From a virus, in the UHGV virus genome UHGV-1488451: DNA of 38,329 nt; one strand, written 5' to 3'. This document shows, piece by piece, positions 1 through 6,772 of this stretch (positions are counted from its first letter, which is position 1; the number at the start of each line of letters is the position of its first letter). Both the position numbers and the translations under genes were made by a program. The notes beneath the pieces are model-generated. The model did not search any database. It was given only the letters and a program-made list of their open reading frames with translations, and was not told where the DNA came from.

Positions 1-75
1 GGACACCCACGCGTCGCCGGACACCCACGCGTCGCCGAACACCCACGCGTCGCCGGACACCCACGCGTCGCCGGA
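1..75. repeat. 18-bp tandem repeat array (4 units plus partial), unit ggacacccacgcgtcgcc with A/G variants; encodes hexapeptide repeats on minus strand
   Basis: Direct reading: units at 1-18, 19-36, 37-54, 55-72; same array family as 38008-38277. Confidence 0.9.
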
Positions 76-645
76 CAAGTTCGATTCCTTTTCAATGAAA
101 CCGCCGAGTTCGCCTTTATCCACATATCGGCTTGGGATGTTCTCGGTGGCTTGAATACGGTACAGCGTGCGGCCAAAGACCGTGATTGTTTCGTCAGTGA
201 GGCGGTACTTTCTTTCGCTCATTATTCTTTCCTTTTTGGTGAATCTTTCGATGCATCGGTTGATGTCGTCGATGGTGATGTTTCCCCAGGGTTCGTTGAT
301 GTCCCTGTCAAGTTGCGGGGTTCGTGCGGGGAGTGTTCCTCCTAATGCGTATGGACGTTGGTTGTTTTTTGGGGTGAATTTCATCGGGTGCGGCATGTTG
401 GATGCGCTGGCATGGTTGCTGAAAGTTCCTGGGATGATTTGCAGCAGCCCGACCCCGTGTTCTACTGGGGCGTTTTGGTCTCGAATAGGCGCTATTGCGG
501 GGCCTGATTCGGCTTGGATTTCCTCGAGCACCCGTTTTATGTGGATTGCGTTTAGGATTCTTTGGCAAATGAGAGCTGTTGCTTTGATTTTGAGAAGTTG
601 TTGCATTGCTGTTAGCGGCTCAAAACTGCGGATGGTGTTAGGCAT
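1..645 (-). CDS. N-terminal portion of SLT-like (lytic transglycosylase) domain protein fused to hexapeptide repeats; 3' end runs off window start
   Basis: Manual minus-strand translation is open from 819 down to position 1; in-frame ATG at 645 (also 765, 606, 222). Contains IQAESG...EHGVGLLQIIPGTF, closely matching the SLT motif inside the tape measure protein. Not in ORF track because no stop lies within the window. Confidence 0.5.
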   Translation of the reverse strand, partial: MPNTIRSFEPLTAMQQLLKIKATALICQRILNAIHIKRVLEEIQAESGPAIAPIRDQNAPVEHGVGLLQIIPGTFSNHASASNMPHPMKFTPKNNQRPYALGGTLPARTPQLDRDINEPWGNITIDDINRCIERFTKKERIMSERKYRLTDETITVFGRTLYRIQATENIPSRYVDKGELGGFIEKESNLSGDAWVSGDAWVFGDAWVSGDAWVS

Positions 646-910
646 GCTCCGTGGATGGTGCCGATGTTGGGGTTGGGGGTGAGGGCGTTTCGAATGGGGC
701 GGGCATTTTCTTTGGTCTTTCTTTGGTAGTGGTTTTGATGGTTTGAGGCCCCCTGTGTTGTTCATCCACTGTGGGGGCTTTGTGGCGTGGCGCGGGGTTG
801 CACCGCGCTTTTGTGCTGCTCACGCCTTTGCTGTGTTCTTTCTCGTGTTCGTTCCCTCCGGTTTTTGTCCGGGTTCCTGGTGTCCTTGCCGATGCTTTGC
901 GAGAGCTTCG

Positions 911-929
911 TCACGTTATCCCAACGTGA
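911..929. promoter_or_regulatory. Perfect inverted repeat TCACGTT-N5-AACGTGA in divergent intergenic region; operator candidate
   Basis: Seen directly; lies between leftward and rightward gene sets. Confidence 0.3.
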
Positions 930-1123
930 GGTAAGTATCTTTCACGAGGCAGCTAATTAAATTTTCACACATCATAAGGTTCTTTTTATCTTCCGCTTGT
1001 GTTGCTCTTAGCGGGCGATGACTTCATTTAAGACCAGCTGATCGAATCTTGCAACAGCCACCATCAAATGCCACCCCCGACCGCTACCCCCATTTGATTA
1101 AAAAACATTAATCTACCTGCCTC

Positions 1124-1154
1124 ATTGCATAGTGACCTCAAATGAGGTTACGCT
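1124..1154 (+). promoter_or_regulatory. Candidate promoter (TTGCAT, 18-bp spacer, TACGCT) with embedded palindrome ACCTCA-AA-TGAGGT (1135-1148); would give a near-leaderless transcript for the ORF at 1161
   Basis: -35/-10-like hexamers with 18-bp spacing ending 7 nt before the ATG at 1161; no strong SD upstream of that ATG. Confidence 0.3.
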
Positions 1155-1160
1155 GTAGGC

Positions 1161-1535
1161 ATGAGACACAAAGACTGGGTAGAAAACCTTATTGGCCCCG
1201 ACTCCATGCGCACAGCAGCAGCCAAACTTGGCCTATCCCCCGGCGCAGTGTCCCAGCAGATTAGCCGTGGAAGTTTGAAGCCAGACATGGTGATCGCGCT
1301 TTGCCGCGCTTATGGGCGGTCACCGATTGATGGGCTTGTAGAGACCGGGTTTCTTGAGCGGTTCGAGGCGGGCGCAGCTAGCCCTGCTTCGGCGCTTAGG
1401 GAGGCGACGAATCAGCAGATTCTTGGTGAGATTATGCGGCGTTCCGATGCTGATGCGGTGCGGCTATTTAGGGCTGAGGATGAGGATGTGGCGGTGTCGT
1501 CGCAGGTGAGGGCGGATGGTCCTTACAGTGATTGA
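1161..1535 (+). CDS. HTH DNA-binding protein, candidate immunity repressor/regulator
   Basis: 124 aa; HTH-like segment AAKLGLSPGAVSQQISRG; first gene of rightward arm next to palindromes. Confidence 0.5.
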   Translation: MRHKDWVENLIGPDSMRTAAAKLGLSPGAVSQQISRGSLKPDMVIALCRAYGRSPIDGLVETGFLERFEAGAASPASALREATNQQILGEIMRRSDADAVRLFRAEDEDVAVSSQVRADGPYSD

Positions 1536-1664
1536 CTGTAGTTACCCCTTTATTGGTGGGGTTGCTGAACTGCCATCTTGTTAATTGCAGAGTGGCGCTG
1601 TAATATAAATCTTGTAAGGCAAACAAGCCTCACGCCCACCTCAAACCCGAAAGGACCAAGACCA

Positions 1665-2000
1665 ATGACCACCATCACCCTCAACAACCTCGACTGGAAC
1701 ATCGCCCCCGCTGAATGGGGCATCGCATACGGCGAAATGGCAAGCCTCCCCACAGAAGAATCCACCCACAACGGCCCACAGTTCATTGTCGATTTCGATC
1801 TTGACGGCACCCGCAAAGCACGCCTCGCAGTAGACCCAACCATTGCTGGAATGAGCCGCGAAAAGGGCATGGCATTCAGCGACGACACCAACGATTGGCC
1901 AGTACTCGATGCACTGTTTGGGCGCGAACAATGGCAGCAATGGCTTGCTGACAAGACCGAGGAAATGCGCGCCCTAGACTCCGAAGACCTCGACGACTAA
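1665..2000 (+). CDS. Hypothetical protein
   Basis: ORF track 1578-2000; ATG at 1665 preceded by AAGGA at 9-nt spacing. Confidence 0.5.
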   Translation: MTTITLNNLDWNIAPAEWGIAYGEMASLPTEESTHNGPQFIVDFDLDGTRKARLAVDPTIAGMSREKGMAFSDDTNDWPVLDALFGREQWQQWLADKTEEMRALDSEDLDD

Positions 2001-2014
2001 CCACCATGCAAACC

Positions 2015-2034
2015 CCGGGGGCTTCGGCCCCTGG
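2015..2034 (+). terminator. Intergenic hairpin with UUCG-type tetraloop (GGGGC-TTCG-GCCCC)
   Basis: Seen directly; short T-run only, so may be an attenuator or stability element rather than a strong terminator. Confidence 0.3.
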
Positions 2035-2049
2035 ATTAAGGAACCAACA

Positions 2050-2346
2050 ATGAACACCCCCTACACCTTCAAGCACGTCATGTCAGGACGCTGGGAAGTC
2101 ATCCACAAAGGCAAAGCATTCGCAGTCATCGAGAGAAGCACCTGCTATTCCTCAAAAGACGGCATCATGGAATCAGCTGAATTGTGGGTAATCATTGACC
2201 CCGTAACTGAAATTCACCAGCAAGGGAAACTCCTGAACACCCTCTACCCGACTGAGTGGGGGCACCGCACCTACCGCGAGGCAGCAGCCACTGCCTGGGA
2301 AAACTACCAGAAATACGGCGCACCTGTTCCCATCGGACGAAACTAA
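2050..2346 (+). CDS. Hypothetical protein
   Basis: 98-aa ORF with AAGGAAC upstream of ATG. Confidence 0.5.
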   Translation: MNTPYTFKHVMSGRWEVIHKGKAFAVIERSTCYSSKDGIMESAELWVIIDPVTEIHQQGKLLNTLYPTEWGHRTYREAAATAWENYQKYGAPVPIGRN

Positions 2347-2392
2347 ACCAGACCCCCGCCACCATGCGGGGTTTCATGAAAAGGAAGCAATA

Positions 2393-2557
2393 ATGAACTG
2401 CGATATTCTTATCCTCGTTGTTATTATATCGAACTTAGCCATGCTGGCGGTATTATATCCGCGCGAAATGGATAGGGTACTCGATTCGTATATAGAAACT
2501 ATCCGCAATTGGATTCAGGCTATCTGCAAAATTTACAGGAAGGTGCACCGTGGATAA
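2393..2557 (+). CDS. Small hydrophobic protein (54 aa) in AT-rich islet
   Basis: ATG at 2393 preceded by AAAGGAAG; translation MNCDILILVVIISNLAMLAVLYPREMDR...; below the ORF-track length cutoff. Confidence 0.4.
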   Translation: MNCDILILVVIISNLAMLAVLYPREMDRVLDSYIETIRNWIQAICKIYRKVHRG

Positions 2558-2650
2558 TCAAACCCGAAACTCTGATGGTGTTTCTCGCCACAATCCCGCT
2601 TTGCCCACCAGTTCCCCGGCGGAGCGCGGGCGCATGGTTTATGATCAGGG

Positions 2651-2893
2651 GTGCCGCGTATGACCACCCCGCTCGTCGAAATCACGCTACCCGGCGGCGG
2701 GGTGGCCTGGTCCATCACCGCAGTGCTTGACCACACCGGCCTATCACAATCATCATTCACCGCATACGTTGCACGCGGACAAGCCCCCGCCCCCACCCAT
2801 CATGTTGAGCGCACTAGGCTATGGGACGCTAAGGAAATCAAAGCCTGGTGGGCAACCCGCCCCGGAAAACCCGGCCGCCCCGCACGAACCTAA
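2651..2893 (+). CDS. Excisionase-like HTH DNA-binding protein
   Basis: HTH-like core ITAVLDHTGLSQSSFTAYVARGQ followed by W-rich tail; directly upstream of integrase; start 2651 (GTG) or 2660 (ATG). Confidence 0.55.
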   Translation: MPRMTTPLVEITLPGGGVAWSITAVLDHTGLSQSSFTAYVARGQAPAPTHHVERTRLWDAKEIKAWWATRPGKPGRPART

Positions 2894-3010
2894 CCCAGCC
2901 CCCACCCCGCACGGTGGGGGCTTTCCGCATGACAAAACAATGCGGACACAAAACCCCCAATAATTAAATAAAAACCACATCTGACCTGCAACAATGCAAG
3001 GACAAAAACA

Positions 3011-4135
3011 ATGGCATCAATCAAACGATATGACACCGCCAAAGGAACAAAATGGCGCGTCCAATACCGCACCCCAGACGGCAAAAGCCGCACCAAAACC
3101 GGATTCCGCACCAAAAGCGAAGCCGAAAGATGGGTGGCCACACACACCACCTCCATCATCAATGGCACCTGGGTTGACCCCAACGCAGGCAACATAACCA
3201 TCCAGGCCCTCGGCACACGATGGATGGAAACCCGCACCCACCTGAAACCCTCAACAGCACGCGTCGAAGCCCTCGACTACAAAAACCACGTCCTCCCACA
3301 CTGGGGGCACCGGCGCATCAAAACTATCAAACCGTCGGAAGTGCAAGCCTGGGTGTCAGCCAGCGCCCAATCACCCTCAACCACCAGGCACCACCATGCG
3401 ATCTTGTCGAAGATTCTAGACATGGCCGTCCTCGACAACCTCATACCCGCGAACCCGGCTAAAAGCGTCACCCTGCCCCGCAAGAACAACCCAACAAAGG
3501 TGTACCTCACCATCAGCCAATTGAAGCGCCTAGCGGACGAGGCAACGGTTCGGGGTGAGCTGATCTGGCTGTTGGGAACCACTGGCCTTAGGTGGGGTGA
3601 GGCCGCTGGCTTGCAGGCGCAAGACTTGGACCCGCTGAACGGGCGCATCAGGGTGGCGAGGAACGCAGTAACGGTAGGGGGCGAGGTGGTTGTCGGAACC
3701 CCGAAAACTCATGAGCGGCGCACAGTGGCTTGCCCTGGGCATGTGATGGGGATGCTTGAAGATGCGGCACGTGGTAAGCCGCGCACCGGGTGGTTGTGGG
3801 AGTCGCCTGCGGGCGGGCCTATGCGGCTTCCGGGGAAGGGTTCTTTTTTTCATTCGGCGTTGGGGCGCGTGCGCGCCGAAGACCCGTCGTTTCCTTCGTT
3901 GACTATTCATGGTCTTAGGCATGTGGCAGCCGGACTTTTAGTTTCGGCGGGGGCGAATGTGAAGGTGGTGCAAAAGCAGCTTGGACACAAGTCTGCGGCT
4001 ATGACGTTGGATGTGTATGCGGAGTTGTTTGACGATGACTTGGATGCGGTGCGTGGGGCGTTGGATGCTTTGGTGGGTTCTTTGGGGAATGTCGTCAAAT
4101 TGTCGTCAAATCGGGGTTTTGGTGACGCGGTTTAG
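3011..4135 (+). CDS. int: Tyrosine integrase (phage integrase family)
   Basis: 374 aa; catalytic-domain motifs GLRWGEA, HGLRH, LGH...TLDVYAELF (R, H-x-x-R, H, Y); AAGGA before ATG. Confidence 0.9.
   Translation: MASIKRYDTAKGTKWRVQYRTPDGKSRTKTGFRTKSEAERWVATHTTSIINGTWVDPNAGNITIQALGTRWMETRTHLKPSTARVEALDYKNHVLPHWGHRRIKTIKPSEVQAWVSASAQSPSTTRHHHAILSKILDMAVLDNLIPANPAKSVTLPRKNNPTKVYLTISQLKRLADEATVRGELIWLLGTTGLRWGEAAGLQAQDLDPLNGRIRVARNAVTVGGEVVVGTPKTHERRTVACPGHVMGMLEDAARGKPRTGWLWESPAGGPMRLPGKGSFFHSALGRVRAEDPSFPSLTIHGLRHVAAGLLVSAGANVKVVQKQLGHKSAAMTLDVYAELFDDDLDAVRGALDALVGSLGNVVKLSSNRGFGDAV
4088..4110 (+). repeat. Direct repeat AATGTCGTCAAATTGTCGTCAAA (two TGTCGTCAAA half-units), copy 1; candidate integrase arm-type binding site
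   Basis: Exact 23-bp copy also at 4298-4320; the two copies flank the tRNA-like core. Confidence 0.45.
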
Positions 4136-4156
4136 GGGTTTGACCTTGGGTTTTTT

Positions 4157-4200
4157 TGGTGCCCCCAGTCGGACTCGAACCGACTTTCTGGGTTTTGTCC
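4157..4200 (-). other. attP-like core: 3' half of a tRNA gene (T-arm, acceptor 3' strand, discriminator, CCA) on minus strand
   Basis: Minus strand reads GTCGG-TTCGAGT-CCGAC-TGGGGGC-A-CCA; no matching 5' acceptor strand upstream, so not a complete tRNA. Confidence 0.55.
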
Positions 4201-4297
4201 ATACCGTTGTTTACCTGCATGTTTGCTGGTCAAGTGCGGTTTTTGCCGTGTAGCAACCCTGTTGAATTTGCGTGTATTTACGTGTGTTTTAGTGTGA

Positions 4298-4320
4298 AAT
4301 GTCGTCAAATTGTCGTCAAA
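4298..4320 (+). repeat. Direct repeat AATGTCGTCAAATTGTCGTCAAA, copy 2
   Basis: Exact match to 4088-4110. Confidence 0.45.
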
Positions 4321-4341
4321 AATGACCCCACCCCGAAACGC

Positions 4342-4384
4342 AAAAAACGCCCCCGCAACCACCAACAACGGTGGCGCGGGGGCG
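4342..4384 (-). terminator. Rho-independent terminator at end of leftward late/lysis operon
   Basis: 9-bp GC stem (CGCCCCCGC / GCGGGGGCG) followed on minus strand by a T6 tract (plus-strand A-run 4342-4347), just downstream of the last lysis gene. Confidence 0.5.
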
Positions 4385-4399
4385 CATCTTCACAAGGGG

Positions 4400-4912
4400 C
4401 TAAACCTCATCACGAGCCTGCTTAGCAAGCTCCCGAATGTCCGCCTGAATTATCTGCGGAATCACCGGCAAATCATCCGGACGCTTACCCGGCCACTTCC
4501 TCGACGCCCATTCCTCACGAGCCGCGATATGCTTCACAGCCGTGCGGTGACGTTGGTTGATGTCCGTCATGCGGGTGGTCAGGTCGGTGATCTGGGTGTC
4601 TTGATTGGTTAGCTTGGTGTGCATGTCTGTGACTTGCTGTGCGAGCCGGTCATGTTGCGCGGTCACGGTGTTCAGGGTGGTTTCCATCACCCCGACGGTG
4701 GCGGTTAGGTTGTTCACAATTTGTTGTGACTCGTCCAAGACTAGGCGTCTTTCCTCCACCTTCCCGTCAGCGTGCCCTTTGCGGTGCGCTGTCCACGCGG
4801 CAAGAATCACACTCACAGCGGTGGCGATGCCACCCACCCAGCCAACGATCTCACTGATGCTCACGGCCTCAGCCACCTGCGGTGGCGGCATTTGTGCCGC
4901 CAACCACCACAT
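4400..4912 (-). CDS. Membrane-anchored coiled-coil protein, lysis-associated
   Basis: 170 aa; one N-terminal TM segment (IVGWVGGIATAVSVILAAW) then heptad-like Q/T-rich region; last gene of lysis cassette. Confidence 0.45.
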   Translation of the reverse strand: MWWLAAQMPPPQVAEAVSISEIVGWVGGIATAVSVILAAWTAHRKGHADGKVEERRLVLDESQQIVNNLTATVGVMETTLNTVTAQHDRLAQQVTDMHTKLTNQDTQITDLTTRMTDINQRHRTAVKHIAAREEWASRKWPGKRPDDLPVIPQIIQADIRELAKQARDEV

Positions 4913-4915
4913 GGC

Positions 4916-5263
4916 TTACCCCTGGTGAGAGTCAAACGTTGGAAGCGGTGCCTCCTGAGAAGCCGCATCAACTGCGGCTGCCTCATCAGACACACGCTCC
5001 ACAACCGACGGAGTGATGCTGCCCTTCATGGAAGCCTGAATGACAACACCTGCGGCACCTGCGATGACAGCCACGACAGCGGCAACATCAGCGGGCAGCT
5101 GGCCAGCCATGAGGCCAACAACACTCAGCACCTGCAGCACCGCCTGGGCAGCTGCGACCAGGGTGTTCTTGCGGCGCGCGAACCACGGCTGCTCAGCAAG
5201 CAGGTTCGTTGCGGCCTCTTCGATGATCTGCACGGACTTGGAATTCAGGTTATGGCGTGCCAT
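4916..5263 (-). CDS. Holin-like protein with two TM segments
   Basis: 115 aa; hydrophobic segments LVAAAQAVLQVLSVVGLMAG and VAAVVAVIAGAAGVVI; immediately downstream of endolysin. Confidence 0.55.
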   Translation of the reverse strand: MARHNLNSKSVQIIEEAATNLLAEQPWFARRKNTLVAAAQAVLQVLSVVGLMAGQLPADVAAVVAVIAGAAGVVIQASMKGSITPSVVERVSDEAAAVDAASQEAPLPTFDSHQG

Positions 5264-5264
5264 T

Positions 5265-6749
5265 TTATTTTCCCTTCATGGTTTGGATTTGCTGTTGAAT
5301 GTTGGCGATGTCGCGCCGGGCGGCGGCGACACCATCCACGAGGGTGAGGTTTTCACCCTTCGAGTTCTGGCCCAACTGCGGCCAGGGGCCAAGCTGACCG
5401 CTGATGTATTCCACTTGTTGGATTAGTCGGTCAAGCTTTTTGTTGGTTTCCTGCGCCGCGACTTTGGCGTCGTTCAGCGCGGCGACTTGCTCATGTCCGA
5501 ATAGGGACACTGGTCCTCCTTTGATTTGGATGTTTGGGTTTGCGGGTGCGGTCGAGTAGGCGTAGCCCTTCGGCAGTATCAGCGAGGCCAGCTGGTCAAG
5601 GCTGATCCAGTAGCCGTATGGGCTGAACCATGAATCCGCTATCCACACGGCACGCCCCTGGTCACCGTCTCGATATCCCATTGCGGCAATGTAGTGGTAC
5701 ACCACGCCCCCGCCATAGGCTGGGGAGACGGAGCCGTACACGCCGCGCGGGTAGTTCGACGGTGGAGCAACGATGTTGCAGATGACACCATGACCAGCTT
5801 TGACTGAGGTTTTGATGTCGTTCCACAGGCGTTCCTGCTGGTCCGCCGTTGGTGGGTCATTAGGCATCTCTACTGACTGGTATTCAGCCCCTGGGATGTG
5901 TTTGTTCAGCACCTTCGGGAAGAACCCAATCCAGTCTGTGCCGTTGACTGTGGTGCCCAGCTCCACAGCGAAATCGCCTTCCGGCTTGAGAACACCGGTG
6001 GCGGCGAACACCACAGTCTGGGTGGATGCGGGCCCGCAATTGTAGTAGGTGTCCTGTACCACGGCCTCACGGCTGTAGGGGATTTCTACTTCTTCACCAG
6101 CCTGGTTGACCAGGGTTTCACCCGCGCCGCCGCCGGTTGAACCTTCAGGAAGCAGTGACTCCCCCAAGGTCAGGCAGAAGTCGAAGCGGCGTTGCCGGTC
6201 GTCGATTCCGTTGGTTCCTCCATTGATCGCGCGGGTTGCGGCTTTGAATCCTTCGTACCGCTGCCAGCCCTCTAGGTTCGGGTCTGCTGCCTGGTCAGCA
6301 AATTCATTGAGCAGTGGCCGAGCCACCACCCAGTACCAAGCAGCAGCCATGAATCCCCACTTCGGGGTGGCCACCAAATCCGGGTCATTCACAAACAGGT
6401 TCGGGTCGCTGGTGATTCCACGATCATGGCACCATCGACCGAACGACCCGTAGTTGTTCCGTCCCGTGAGCTGTATGGGGCCGCGACCATGGAAACGTGC
6501 ACCATCACCAGGGTAGACGTTGCCGAGATCGCCACGGCCCTCATAGTTGCTGGTGAAGTAGTCATACCCGCCAAGTTCCTGCATGAATTGCAGGCCCACG
6601 GACTCATGTCCGATCTGCGCGCACCACATTGCTGCGCGCGCCACGGTCGTGATGTCCGCGAACTTCATGGCTTCATTCATGGGTTGCACAAACGCCGAAT
6701 CGACGTTGGAACCCATTGCTCGGTTAAGTGTTCCTAGGTCCATATTCAC
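5265..6749 (-). CDS. Modular endolysin: N-terminal GH19 glycosidase domain plus central cysteine-peptidase-like domain
   Basis: GH19-like motifs FHGRGPIQLTGRNNYG and KWGFMAAAWYWV; YYNCGPAS with downstream His suggests a papain-like peptidase; likely start ATG 6743 after GAAAGGAG. Confidence 0.8.
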   Translation of the reverse strand: MNMDLGTLNRAMGSNVDSAFVQPMNEAMKFADITTVARAAMWCAQIGHESVGLQFMQELGGYDYFTSNYEGRGDLGNVYPGDGARFHGRGPIQLTGRNNYGSFGRWCHDRGITSDPNLFVNDPDLVATPKWGFMAAAWYWVVARPLLNEFADQAADPNLEGWQRYEGFKAATRAINGGTNGIDDRQRRFDFCLTLGESLLPEGSTGGGAGETLVNQAGEEVEIPYSREAVVQDTYYNCGPASTQTVVFAATGVLKPEGDFAVELGTTVNGTDWIGFFPKVLNKHIPGAEYQSVEMPNDPPTADQQERLWNDIKTSVKAGHGVICNIVAPPSNYPRGVYGSVSPAYGGGVVYHYIAAMGYRDGDQGRAVWIADSWFSPYGYWISLDQLASLILPKGYAYSTAPANPNIQIKGGPVSLFGHEQVAALNDAKVAAQETNKKLDRLIQQVEYISGQLGPWPQLGQNSKGENLTLVDGVAAARRDIANIQQQIQTMKGK

Positions 6750-6772
6750 TCCTTTCGCTGTTGTTTGTGCTC

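Noticed and set aside
1-75. Tandem 18-bp repeats at both window ends as a possible CRISPR array
   Set aside because: Units are contiguous with no spacers, lie in frame inside a coding sequence and encode a hexapeptide repeat; not CRISPR.
308-568. Arg/Pro-rich 86-aa minus-strand ORF, and the plus-strand ORF 167-682
   Set aside because: Both are out of frame with the manually translated SLT/hexapeptide ORF occupying the same DNA, which has a recognisable motif; they look like frame artefacts.
4150-4240. Complete tRNA gene at the attP-like site
   Set aside because: Only the T-arm, acceptor 3' strand and CCA are present; no complementary 5' acceptor strand or D-arm upstream.
4772-5347. Long plus-strand ORFs overlapping minus-strand structural and lysis genes (for example 4772-5347, 8742-9698, 10607-11527, 17051-18106, 25288-26091)
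   Set aside because: They are antisense to genes with clear domain signatures, encode low-complexity R/P/S/T/H-rich sequence and lack ribosome-binding sites; typical shadow ORFs of a GC-rich genome.
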